DNA of 64,000 nt from Leucoraja erinacea. Lineage: Eukaryota. The notes below the pieces were generated by a model, which did not search any database, was not told where the DNA came from, and saw only the letters and a program-made list of their open reading frames with translations. Positions 12,600-26,148 of this stretch are shown one piece after another. Position numbers and translations under genes: made by a program. How positions within the stretch are numbered: the stretch's first letter is position 1; each line of letters starts with the position of its first letter. Location of the stretch: positions 20,026,001 through 20,090,000 of the forward strand of contig NC_073401.1 in assembly GCF_028641065.1 (NCBI RefSeq), in the 5' to 3' direction.

Positions 12600-14445
12600 C
12601 TGTAAACAAGAAGATACTGATCAGAGTTCACTCTCATTTATATTATTGGGCAGGGATTTATCTAAGATAGAAAAATTACCATGACATAAAAACTATAGTG
12701 AATGGAGTGGATTCAGAAAATCATCCATGAAAAGCTATAACCCTTCAGCAGCAGAAGAAATATAGTCTACCACTACTTCTAGCCCCATGGTCTGGCATAT
12801 CTCACATTCTGTGATTATCTTCAAACATGAGATTGACCTTAATTCAGTATGAAGAAAATGGCATCACCACACCTGACATACCACACCCACCACCGAGGTG
12901 TCACAGCTGCAACGTGGGAGAGTGTGTACACTGAACAAGGACACAATTAAGCATATCTACAGGTAACAGAAGAATATTCTTTTTGTCTTTTACGCTTGCT
13001 CCAAAGCATACACAAAGTCAACCAGATAATGTAGAAAGTGTCCACAAGCGGGGTTCTAAATAGGGGTTCAAAAGAGGGGTAAGAGAGGTGAGGATGGGTT
13101 AGAAAGTGGAAGGTGACAGAGTAAGAATTTGAGAGAGAAGCAGAGCTACACTAGGAATTCAGGGAGGTGGAAAGGCAAGGATGTTGGGAAAGAAGGTTTT
13201 TTTTTTAAATAAAAAAGTTGGGAGGGACATTAGGAAAGAAGGGGGAGAGAAGAGTGGGGAGGAAAGTTGGATAGGATGAATATAGGATTTATAGAACATA
13301 GAGGGATGTGGACCTTGTACAGACAGATGAGATCAGTTTAACTTGGCATCATGTTCAATGCAAACATTGTGGGCCGTGGGGTCCGTTCCTGTGCTTGACT
13401 GTTCTATGTTCTAATGGGTGGAAATACCAAGGTACCAAAAGTCTTCTTGACCATCCTATCGTCCCGTGACGCTAATGGAGTTAACCATTCTCAATCCAAC
13501 TCACCTAGATGAACAAGATCCTACTGTATTTTTTGATAACCAACATCACTAATTACAACAACAACCACTTTAGTGTAATTGAACTGCAAAGCACAGGAAC
13601 TGGCTATTCAGTCCACAATGTCTGTGTGGAACGATGCCAAGACCAACTCTAAACTACCTCCACATAATCCATGTCCCTCCATTTCCTACATATCTATGTA
13701 TAAATCCAAAAGTCTCTTAAACATCTGCCTTCACTACCCCTTGCGCAGTGCATTCCAGGCACCCACCACCCTCTATAAAATCTAGCCCCACACATCTCCT
13801 TAAAACTTTCTCCCTCTCACCTTAAAGCAATGCCCTTTCATCAGCAAATTTATTAAGCTGCCTTGTACATTCTCATCAGTTTAAATTCCATTTGGAATAT
13901 TTTGGAGGACCAAGAAACCAAGAACCATCCAAATTGGTGATATAAACAGTGAGCATGGCTTTGTAAATGTGAGGTTGTGTCTTACTAACTTCATCATGTT
14001 TTTTTGAGGAGGTGAAGGTGATCAATGAGGGTATGACGGTGGATGTTATCCACATGGATTTTAGTAGGGCAATTGATAAAGAGCTCATGGTAGGCTAATC
14101 TAGATTTAGATGATTGTATGAATTTGGAACTGGTTTACTGACAGAAGACAGGGTTGTGATGGAAGGACAAAGCAAAATCGGATTGACCAAAAAATCTGAA
14201 TTCCTCCAGAATTTCAGGCATGCAGACTTGAAACAGGCATTTATTCTTTGATATACACCAAGAAATGAGAAGAATATACAGGTGATTTTACTGCAATGTT
14301 TAATCAGTTAACAAATCAAATGCAATTAGTCATCCATTGACATCTAAATAGGCATTCAAATCAAAACACTCACATAACACAATGCCCAATCACACCTGTG
14401 AAAAGCTGAAGTCACACAGGCATGCACACCCACAAACACTAGTAC

Positions 14446-14648
14446 CTAAAGTAGTCGCATGATGCTGCTAGAAGTATGCGGTGAGCTTCAATGGACTTTC
14501 CCTCTACGATCAGTATAACATCAAATAGACTTGCACTGTTCCGGAGTGCGACTAGTCCATCGAGCAATGACTGGGAATGTGCTGAACTCTGATAGATCTG
14601 GCTCACTTTTTTCTGACTTTGCTGTTTGCCCACACACTCTTCTGCCAT
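14446..14648 (-). CDS. KLHL22: Kelch-like protein 22, first coding exon (start of BTB domain); the exon extends 5' to an acceptor at ~14719
   Basis: MAEECVGKQ...SAHSQSLLDGLVALRNSASLFDVILIVEGKSIEAHRILLAASCDYFR closely matches the vertebrate KLHL22 N-terminus; ends AG|GTACT (phase 2); upstream ttttcAG acceptor. Confidence 0.95.
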
Positions 14649-17600
14649 GGTCAATGTTGTTGTTGACACCCAGATTTCCAGAAAACCTGTCCGACCGGTG
14701 GCTTTCCAGACTGACTGCTCTGAAAAATATTAAAAGGTGCCAAAAACATTCAGCTTAAAAAGCACAAGTAAAGGCCAGAATCACTTTTGATTTCATATTA
14801 TTATGTTTATTGAGTTGAAGTCAAAGCATGATTCCATCAGTTTTCAAGATATTAAGGGAAACTATTAGGATGGAGAGAAACTGCGTAGGCTGGTTATTGA
14901 ATCAATGATAGGATCATATTCTTACTTTATGAGCCTATACAATCTACTGCTCGAGTTTGTAAACATTTCTACACACAGAAATAAGTATAAATATGAATCA
15001 CTTCCACAAATCACAATTTATACTTGGCCAACTGAGAATGATCATTCTCAGAAGATAGACACAAAAAGCTGTAGTGACTCTGCAGGACAGGCAACATCTC
15101 TGGAGAGAAGGAATGGGTGACGTTTCAGGTTGAGTCCCTTCTTCAGACTGCATCTGCAGTTCCTTCTTACACATGATCATTTTCAGCCTGTGTCTCAAGC
15201 TGAACCGGATATCTTACAAACCAAGGGACCTATTTAATCAAGCAGAATTCCTTATCTTCGATCTTTGCTTAGATTTTACAATCCAACTTAAACTCATTTT
15301 ATTCACTGTGCTTTCTGAGCCAATATCCATACACATTTCTTTGCTAATTTAAGAACAGGAGCCGAACTGATCCAAAACTTCATTATTCGGAGGATATCCT
15401 AATTAAATCAGCTCCCTCTACTGTCCTCCTTGTATCACCACAGTAATGACAGAAATGAACATGGGACGATCATACAACTTATAGCTAAACATCATACCAT
15501 GAACGGAAAATATCATCTCAGATTTTATTTTGTTATTGACCTCTCCTTCCCTAATGAGTTTTATAACCTGTAAGCTGCTATTGCCTGTCTCTATTGATTA
15601 CCTACTCAAGGCAACTGGAAATATCTTCACTAAGTTTCAATACACAGACATTTTTCAGTGGGGGTAACCTCAGAGTGATTAGAAGTCGAATCCCTGGCTA
15701 ATGTACTCACTGCCATCGGTGTTCAAATTAACTTGATATTGGTTCCACCATTTCTACTGGGAGCCTATAACTGTAGAGAAGGGTCTCAACCCAAAACGTC
15801 ACCTATTCCGTTTCTCCAGAGATGCCATCTGACCCTCTGAGTTACTCTAGCTTATTGTGTCTATCTTCAATTATAATTACTGCTCAGGTTAAGTATTACA
15901 ATTTCTTATCTACTGGGATTTTCCTGCACATAGCTACATGGTATCCGAGATTACAAAAAATAAACTGCATTTACTTTAATGCAACAAACCTCAGAGTCAT
16001 TTAAACTTAAAACATCAATCAACACTTGAAATTAAGATGTTATTGCAATCAAAGAAACACATTTGAGGAAAAGGCAGGAATGGCATTTTAATGCTCCTGG
16101 GTATAGATAATCCATAATCGATGCCTAACTTGGGGGAAAACCGAAAAAAGGGTCTCAACCTGAAATGTCACCCATTCCTTCTCTCCAGAGATGCTGCCTG
16201 TCCCGATGAGTTACTCCAGCATTTTGTGCCTAACTCTGGAAAACTTCCTCTGCACTCCTTCCACACTCCCCACATCCTTCCCGTAACGTGGTGACCAGAA
16301 TTGCACACAATTCCCCAGATGCGGCCTAACAAAAGTCCTGTAAAATTGCATCACCACTTCCTGATTCTTATACTCAATGTCCTGACTTATGAAAGCAAGC
16401 ATACCACATATCTCTTTTACCACTCGATCCACTTGTGATGCCACTTTCAGGGGGTTAAGACCCCAAGATCCCTCTGGTCATCATTGTTGTGAAGGGTCAT
16501 GCCATTAATTGTATAATTTTCCCTTACATCTGACCTCCTAAAATGCAACACCTCACACTTGCACGGATTAAACTCCACCTGGCATTTCTCCAGCTGATCT
16601 ATAAACTTCTGTATACTTTGACTGCCCTCCTCACAATCCACAATCCCAGCAATCTTGGTGTCATCTGCAAACTTAATAACCAACCCAGCCACGTTTATGT
16701 CCAAATTGCAGAAAATATACAAACGAGCCAAATAAAACAACCCTGTCAGGATCAGAGTAACTACACCACAGAAACAGTCCATTTGGCCCAAATGTTTTAT
16801 GCACAAACCTATTACTTCTTGTCTTCCTATCCTTCCTATTTATTTTTATTCCCTTTACCATATGTGTGTATCTCATTAAAAGTAAATGAGCTACAGCATC
16901 ACACACTTTATGTGGCTGTGCATATATTATAATTATTCCATGAAAGAAAAACTTCCTAAATTACAGGAGTAAAATGGAAAGGCCACGCGGAGTTGGTGTT
17001 CGAAGTAACAGACAATTTATTAAAACTGGTGAGCACCAGGAGACTAGTCAAAGCTGATCTCCCGAGTGTGACTTTGTAGCTTTTTTTTATATTCTCAGAT
17101 GACAAGAGTACACAGAAACTTGATTAACAGTAAAACGAGGTGTTGATTACAAAATGGAGCTTATAGGTTACAATCAGAATAAAATGATTGATCACGTCTA
17201 ACTTCGTTGATAATAGATCCAATTTTCTGTTACAACGATAGCTGCATGCAATAATGCGATCAATAAAGTTCCTGAAACTTGGGTGTCTTCACTGCTGAAT
17301 TCCACAATTTACTTTTAGGCTTTGGCTGTGGACCCCTGCCACCACATTAGCACAATCCACAAATAAACACAAAAAGCTGGAGTAACTCAGCAGGTCAAGC
17401 ATCATCTAAGAAGAAGATACCCTTCGTCAGACTGTGAGACAGGGGAAAGGGAGATAAAAAATATAGAGAGAAATGGAACAAATGAATATGCAAAATATAT
17501 CATAGTTACTCTCTCATATATCCCTTGTTTCCTTTTCCCCTGACTGTCTGATCTCGACCCAAAACGTCACCTATTCCTTTTCTCCAGAGATGCTGAGTTG

Positions 17601-20099
17601 CTCCAGTTCCTTCCTATAGCACATTCCACATCCCTATTTACTAGTTATTAGCTTTCACTATTCTTTCCCTTACAACACTTTTATGATCTCTGGGCTTATC
17701 CACAAATAGTGCACATCAGTCTGAAGAAGGGTCCCGATCTGAAACATTACCTATTCATGTTCTCCAGAGATGCTGCCTGACTCACTGACTTATCCCAGCA
17801 CTTTGTCTTCTTTTATAAATCAGCATCTGCTGTTGCTTGTTTCTAAATGCTATTAAATAAATCTGGTCACTGATAGCAAAAGCAACAGTCAAACAAAGAC
17901 ATTATGGGGCAATATATGGCCAAAAATTTATCATGCCAGAGGGTCAATTTATGGGGCTGAAGCAATTATAAAAGTAGAAATGAGCAGTCTTGATAATGCA
18001 CAAGATGAGAAATTTGAAACGCAAAAGAATTTGCATCAACACTTTGCTCACATATGGTGAGCAACACAAAGAATTGAAATTTAAGGGAAATCACCAGAAC
18101 CCGTCAAGGATCAATTTCAACCTGAAAAGGAGTAGCCGAGTGGATAACTGGAAGGATGGTGGGAGTACTGGACATGGGGTGATTGAAATGACTACTGGAT
18201 TAGTTGAGAGCGGGGTAATTGAGGACTGGTGAATTGGGAAGTGGATTATTTGGGGTAGGGTAATTTTGGGAGGGATATTTGGGGAAGTGATGTAATGGGA
18301 GAGTTAGGTAAATGAAATGAGGTATTTGGGGAGTGGGGGTGATTAAAGTGGGGTATTTGGGGGAGTGGGATGCTTTGGGGGGTTGTTCTTAGAATGGGGT
18401 ATATGGGGGGGGGGGTGAGGCTGTACTTAGAATTGGCTACCTATGGGTGGCATACTTACAATGAGGTAATTGGAATAGTGGGAAAATAGAATGGGGTAAT
18501 TGGGGAAGGTGGTATGTGGGACGGTGCTATAATTGGGAGAGTGAGGAACTAGTATTGGTTTATTATTATCACATTTACCATGAGAGTGAAAAATGTGGCA
18601 TGCTATCCAGGTAGAACATCCATACATTAATAAAATTAAACTATGCATAATGTAGTGTTAGTTACAGGAAAAAAATGCAGATAATAGAAAGAGAACAAAG
18701 CTCACAAGAAGGGTCTTGACCACAAGCGTCACCCATTCGTTCTCTCCAGAGATGTTGCCTGTCCCGCTGAATGACTCCAGCTTTTTGTGTCTATCTTCAG
18801 TTTAAATCTGCAGTCCCTTCTTACACATTAAGCCCACAACCATCGGATTACCATAGTTTATAACCATAGTTTATAAGAGATCTATCTATTCAAGAGTCCG
18901 AAAGCAACAGGGAAGAAGCTTTTCCTTAATTTGGTGGTGCATGCTTTCAATATTCAGTACCTTCTGTCTGACAGGAGAGGGGGCTGATCGAATGAGCAAG
19001 GTGTGAGTGCTTCTTGATTAGATTGGCTGTTTGTCTTTTGGGATGGGAAGCTGGTATGCATGATGTTAACGACTGTACACACAACTCTCTGAGTGGAGTA
19101 AATAGAATGGGGAAGTGGTGTAATGGAATGAGCTATTTAAATAATTAGAATGGGGAATTTGGTGGAAGTGGTGTCATTGGAATGGGGGAATTTGATGTAC
19201 ATTGCCATGGGGTATGTTTGTAGTATGAATGGGGGAATTTGGGGAACCAATGTGCTTGGATGGGTGTCTGGGGTAAATGGAGCTGGTGGTTTTGGTGAAT
19301 GGGGCGATTGCAAACTAATTGCGCAGAGTGTTTAGGGTAAGTGGGGTAATAGAAATGGGCTAGCAGACCATTGGGGAGTGAGGTATGAGGTAAGGAACTG
19401 GTTTAAACCAAACATAGACACAAAAAGCTGGAGTAACTCAGCAGGTCAGGCAGCATCTCCGGAGAAAATGAATAGGTGCGTTTCGAGTCGAGACGTCACC
19501 TATTCCTTTTCTCCAGAGATGCTGTCTGACCCGCTGCGTTACTCCAGCTTTTTTTTGTCTATAAATGCGGTAATTCAGTAGGGTGCATGGGGGAAATTGG
19601 GTATATAATACCGGGTGTTTTGAGAGCTGGGGTAATTGGGATGGAGTGTTTGGAACATGGTAATTGGAAGAGGATGTTTGTGCGGAATGGTGTAATTGGA
19701 GTGAGATACTTGGGCTATTGAGTTAACTGGAGCGGGGTGCAGATGGGAATTGGATGTTCATGTTGGGGGCCAGGTTGGAGCCAGATGTTTGGGAAAGTGG
19801 AGTAATAAAGCGGACTGTTGGGGCAGGATTATGATGATTCGGGGGACTCGAGGATGCTAAGCTTAAGAAAAAAAAACAAAGTGCTGGAGGAACTCGACGA
19901 GTCAGGCAGCACCTGTGGGGGAAATGAAGAGACGTTTCGGGTCGGGATCCTTAACTGATTCGGGGCAGGCTCGCAGTGCTGAGTGGGAGGGGCTGTGTGG
20001 GAGAGCTGGCTGGAAGGGAAAGGGTCAAGGGATGAGTGAGGTGGGGGCGCCGGTTCTGTTTCAACACGAGTCTGTTGACGTCCGTGCTTCCCCACCAAT

Positions 20100-20420
20100 G
20101 CCCTGAATTGGCACCTGCAGCCGCAGCGAGCGTGCGGCTGAGAATTAGTAAAAACCGCAGGTGGGGGGGGGGGGGGGGGAGACTGCTAGTCGCTGCTCTG
20201 ATCTAGAAACCCCTACCTTCACCTTGTCACAGCAGCGCTGGGCCTGGACTCAGGCCTCGCCAGCTGGGCCCGAGGCCCGCGCCTCCTCCCGCTCGAGCAC
20301 CGCGCCCGCCGCCATTTCCTTCCCTCCCTGCGCACGAAATGGCGGCGGGTGACGTAGCGGACGGCACGCGGAGGGGCAACAGCGCGTCCGGTGGAACGGC
20401 CCCTCGTCCCCTCGTCCCCA
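20100..20420 (-). promoter_or_regulatory. KLHL22: CpG-island promoter and probable non-coding exon 1 of KLHL22
   Basis: CpG-dense island upstream of the first coding exon; paired YY1-like motifs (20305-20318, 20336-20349); CRE half-site TGACG at 20350; candidate minus-strand donors AAG|GTGAAG (exon end 20223) and AAG|GTAGGG (20217). Confidence 0.65.
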
Positions 20421-20624
20421 AACACCTCAACACCCCTCCAGCCTCCCCGGTTAACCCCCAACCTCCTCCAAAGTCACCCCAATACCCCGTTAACCCACCC
20501 CCTCCTATCCAATCACCCCAGTCCCCTCCTCTAACATCACCTCACTAACCCCCCCCCTCTCCAGTTACCCCCAGCCCCCTCCTACCCAATACCCTGTCAA
20601 CTCACTCCTCCCTCCTCCCCAATC

Positions 20625-21020
20625 ACATAGAAAATAGGTGCAGGAGTAGGCCATTCGGCCCTTCGAGCCTGCACCGCCATTCAATATGATCATGGCTGAT
20701 CATCCAACTCGGTATCCTGTACCTGCCTTCTCTCCATACCTCCTGATCCCTTTAGCCACAAGTGCCACATCTAACTCCCTCTTAAATATAGCCAACGGAC
20801 TGTGTAGCCTCAACTACCTTCTGTGGCAGAGAATTCCACAGATTCACCACTCTCTATGTGTGTGAACAAAAATGGTTTTCTCATCTCGGTCCTAAAAGAT
20901 TTCCCCCTTATCCTTAAACTGTGATCCCTTGTTCTGGACTTCCCCAACATCGGGAACAATCTTCTTGTATCTAGCCTGTCCAACCCCTTAAGAGTTTTGT
21001 AAGTTTCTATAAGATCCCCC
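20625..21020 (-). mobile_element. CR1 (HER1-like) 3' fragment
   Basis: RGDLIETYKTLKGLDRLD...TRDHSLRIRG; same tail as 33905. Confidence 0.85.
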
Positions 21021-21242
21021 CTCACCCTCCCCTCTCCAATCACCTCACCCCTCCTGTCACCCTAATACCATGTCAACCCACTCCTTCACCCCCTCTTCAC
21101 CAATCACCTGGTCTCCCTCCTCCCCAATCACCCCAAAGCCTGTCAACCCAATTGCCCCCTCCCTCCAGTCACCCCCAGCCCCCTCCTCCCCAATCCAGTG
21201 TCAACCCAATCCTCCACCCCCCCCCCCCCCCCCCCAATATCC

Positions 21243-21664
21243 TGTCTCAAGGATTTAGTCCTCGATAGTCACTTTAATTGATGACCGAGGATCAGAAGGT
21301 AATTAATACGCACCCACGAGCTCTCCACAAGACATTCAATGGCATTGAAAGATAAATCTTCCAAAAACAGTCTCCTGATTAAAAGTTTATTGTAGTAGTA
21401 CAAACAGTAAGATAATTCATACTAGCTTCTTGTATAAGCACATTTCAATCATACTCGTGGTCATGTTCGTGCATGGTCAAAAACTGTCTCTTCCTTGATC
21501 TTCTTCGAACTAAACTAAACTCCTTGGGAGTCTGCACGACAATCCCAGCCGCAAACACTCCTCAGACTACGTATAATTCCCACCCACATAAATACAGGCA
21601 GATTAAATTTAAAGGTAACTGGTTATAGTTATAACATACTGAGTTAAGCTAAATGGCTACTACA
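21243..21664 (-). mobile_element. Possible solo LTR
   Basis: TG...CA-bounded AT-rich island inside a C-rich tract; AATAAA on minus at 21387-21392; no clean TSD. Confidence 0.3.
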
Positions 21665-24600
21665 GCCCCCCTCACAAACCACAATCACCACTCTCGCCAA
21701 TCACTTCACCATCCCACCCAACTAAGCCCTGGCAGACAGAACATGAGTATTTGGCAAAACAGTTGCCCAGTGCAATCATGATTGGTCTCACTGATGTAGA
21801 GGAGGTGCCATCATGTGCACCATTTGCTGGCCATTTTAACGCCCCTTCCCATTCCCCTACTGCCTACTCCACTGCCAGATTGAGGTCATGTACAAACTGG
21901 AAGAACAGTTCCTCGTATTTCACATGGGTAGCCTACAACTCAATGGTTGAGCAAGTAACCCTCCCCCCCCCCCCCCCCCCCCATCCATGCACACCTTTCT
22001 CCCACTAAACCCGTCACCCTGATCCCTTTCTCTCTTTCTACACTATCTTCACCAATCAACCCCTCCTCACCTGTAGCCATCTCTCACCTGCCAGGTTTTG
22101 CCCCAACCAATCTCTCTTTATCATATTTCTATCTCTTGCTCTAATCAGTCTGAAGTATTGTTTAGATTCAGAACTGTCTCATTCATAAGAGACAAAGGAT
22201 TGTGGAGGAATGGTGTTATTCTTGCTGCAGATCTGTGACTAGTGAAGTTCTTCTGGGATTTGTGATGGGACCTCTATTGTTTGTGATACTGTACATATAT
22301 ACGACTTAGATGTCTATCTATGCTATTACCTTGCCTCTAATACCATGGGCTCCTATCTTGTTTAGCAGCCTCGTGTGTGGCACTTTATCAAAGGCCTTCT
22401 GAAAATAACATCCACTGACTCTCCTTTGTCTATCCTGTTTGTTACTTCCTCAAAGATTTCCAACAGATATGTCAGGCAAGATCTCCCATTAACAACACCA
22501 TGCAGACTTCAGCCTATTGTGTCGCTTCCAAATCCCCCAAAACATTGTCCTTAATAATGGACTCTAAAATCTTACCAACCACTATATTCCCTTTCTTATG
22601 CCTCACTTCCTCTTAAACAGTGGAGTTACATTTGTGACTTTCCAGTCCTCTGGAACCATTTCTGATTCCAATGATTCTTAAAAGATCACTACTAATCCCT
22701 CCACAATCTCTACAGCTACCACTTTCAGAACCCTGGGATGTAGTCCATCTGGTCCAGGTGATGTATCCACCTTCAGGCCCAAGCACCTTCTCCTGAGTAA
22801 TAGTGACTGCACTCACTTCTGCTTCCTGGCATGTTGCTGGTATGCTCCATTGTGAAGACTGATGCAAAAAACATTCACGTTGTCCGTTATTTATTTATTC
22901 CCCATTACTACTTCTCCAGCATCATTTCTCAGCAGTCCAATGCCCACTTTTTTGGTAGTCACGTCTTTGGAATGTGGGGTAGTCAAGAGTGTTTTATTAT
23001 CATGTGTCCCAGATAGAACAATGAAATCCTTACTTGCTGCAGCACAACAGAATATGTAACCATGATAGGGATTACTGCTGCATGGTTGTCCAGATTTTCT
23101 GTGGGGTTTAATGTCTTGTTCGTCAAATATTCTTGTCCTCAGCTGGCTAAAAGTTGTACTTTTGCACCGATGATGATTATGAATTTCATCACCCATGCAC
23201 ACATTCTCTGAGTGGTGGCTCTGAGATATGGGAAATGGTCCACACTTTCAGAGTCTCGTCGTAGGCAGATATTGTCAGATGCCAGTGTTGTGCAGCGGGA
23301 TAGACAAGAGGACTTTTGTTCTGCAGGTCTGAAGAAGGGGCCCCAACCAAAAACGTCACCTCCAAAGATGCTGCCTGACCCACTGAGTTACTCCAGCACT
23401 TTGTGTCTTTTTTTGTTCTGCAGATGTTAGATGTAACATCCATCCTCATATATATCGGTGAATGAGTCAATGATCATTTGGAGGTCAGCCTCTGACCTGT
23501 GCAACTACAAGTGCCAATGTGTACAGCAGTTCGTGCTCTGCTGTTAGAGTAACGTTGATTCTAAAGTGGAGGTGACATAAGTTCAAGAGTTTCCTATTAG
23601 TCCTATAGATAAGTTTCTTGCTGGAATGGAATTAGTTGCCAGTTACATCTGCAGAAAGATGCAGTCGGAGTATTGATGCAGCCTTGCTTGATACTAGTTT
23701 GCATTGAGACTGAGACCGGTCTATTGTGGATCCATTAGTTTGGATCATTTGTTTGCCATTACGAAGCAAAAATAAAATGGCGATCAGTTTCCAAATTTGA
23801 GGAGGATGCACCATAGAAAGCATAATATCCATTGCACTCCTACTTGTTATGGTATGTTGGTTTAAACCAAAGATAGACACAAAAAGCTGGAGTAACTCAG
23901 CGGGACAGGCAGCATCTCTGGAGAGAAGGAATGGGTGACTTATCGGGTCGAGACCCTTCTTCAGACTGGTTTGGGATAAGGGAAACGAGAGATATAGAAG
24001 GTGATGTGGAGAGATACAGAACAATGAATGAAAGATATGCAAAAATGTAACGGTGATAAAAGAAACAGGGCATTGTAAGCTGTTGGCAGGTGAAAATGAG
24101 AAAGTAGTGCGACTTGGGTGGGGGAGGGATAGAGAGAGGGGGAATGCCGGCCACTGAGTTACTCGTTTTTTATGTTTATATTCTACATTATTTCCTCTTT
24201 TGCAGTATCCGATTTATTCATGGAAATTATATCAGTCTCCTATTGAGTTTTTCACTCTATCTTGGTACACATGAATGTAATGAACGAATACCAATGCTGC
24301 ACAGCCCATCCTGATTGATGAAGTCAAAGGCTTTAGCAAGATTCAGAAGGGTACTTTTTGGTGGCTGATACTGCCCTACGATTCAGGAAGCTGCTCTTGA
24401 GCCACTGAAGAACGGTAATGAGTTTCCTTGAAGCAAATTGCAGGGAAATCCAGCTGTAATTAATGTAATTTGATTTGCCGTCTTTCTTGAAGATGGTCAC
24501 AATTATGACATCTGAATTTCCCTGACATATCCTCCACTGCCCAGGTATGAGTGATGAACATTCTTACTGCCAAATTGTAGAACTTCAGCACAGCTACTGT

Positions 24601-24935
24601 TTGTTTGTGAGGTTTCAGTTTGTAGTTGATATAAGGCCTGTTCCACTTCTTGACAGTCACGAGTGGCAAAGCTGAATTGAATAGATGCAGTGTCTAAAGT
24701 AGGCGTACCTTAAAGCAGATGTTTGCTCCCTAAACTTATTGTGCTACAATCATCTGAGCAGGACCTAGTCTGTGTCTCTAAAATTGACTCTTCACTTCTC
24801 AACCATTGCTGACTGAATTACAATCAATCTCGGTTTGATAAAATTAATGGAAATGTTTTAATATTGGGTCCTGTAAAGTGCTCACAGATGTGGCTGTTGA
24901 TTAAGACCAACCAAGGTTTGGAGTTCAGCATTTAT

Positions 24936-25008
24936 CTACAGGAACGTCATAACGGTACCATTTTTCCCAATCTGCCACTTCTCCAGAGGATAAAATCGAA
25001 TCAGGATT
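24936..25008 (-). CDS. DDT: DDT exon 3, 73 nt to stop (protein 118 aa in total)
   Basis: ttttgtAG|A-ATC...: [26 protein letters not shown], the typical DDT C-terminus; ATTAAA at ~24857-24862 on minus. Confidence 0.95.
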
Positions 25009-25971
25009 CTACAAAACAGAAGTTAAGAGTTCAGAGAATAGTAAATTACAATTTATTTCTTGATATTTCTTTCTGGTGTTACTGAAGTGGGTTAATCAAG
25101 AGTGTTGTGGCAGGCTACTCCCGGCCATGATGGGAAGTCTAGCTACATGTATAAAGTTTGAATTCACATTTCCGGAATTCTTAAATCTCCCAGGCCACTG
25201 ATACATGTTCTTAGGTTCGAATGAAGATTTGTATCAAATCTGAATATTCTAAGCAGGAGTTGGAAAGCCATGATGTAGATGTACATTGCGTTGGCAAGGC
25301 CACATTTGGAGTACTGTGTATATTTCCGGTCCCCCTGCTACAGGAAGGATGTCATTAAACTGAAGAGTGCAAAAAAGATTTAGTAGGATTTTAGGGCAGG
25401 GTGTCCAAACATTCCTGACAGGTATAAGATGAGAGGGGAAAGATTTAAAAGCGACCAGAGGAGTAACTTTTTCCACAGTGTGGTGTGTGTATGGAATGAG
25501 CTGCCAGAGGAAGTGGTAGAGCTTGTGTAATTACAACTTTCAGAAGATAGTTGGCGAAGTGCGTGGATAGAGAAGGTTTGGAGAGATGTAGGCCAAGTGC
25601 AGGTAAATGGGACTAGCTCAGTTAGACAATTTGGTGGGCATGGACAAGTTGAACTGAAGGATCTGTTTCCCTGCGAATAGCCTGTGACTCTTACGTTCTG
25701 AGGTCATCGGCCTCCACCAAATTTATAAGCAGCGTGCTCCAGATTCCAATCAGTGAAAAAAAATCCTCAGATCCTCTCTACACCTTTTACCCTAAACCCG
25801 TGTTCCCTAGTTTTAGAATCCTCTGTAACCATGCGTTTCGTGCCCAGGGTCATAACCTTCAAAATTAAATACAAGGTTTTCTACAATTTCCTCTGGCTGC
25901 TCATTTCTTATTCACTCTGTGTTAATATGTTCTGCCTCTTGGACCATAAAATGCTGAACTCTCAACACTTA

Positions 25972-26148
<177 letters not shown>

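Noticed and set aside
20339-20548. Plus-strand ORF MAAGDVADG as a divergent gene such as MED15
   Set aside because: No resemblance to MED15, runs into a low-complexity C-rich tract, and no downstream exons were found
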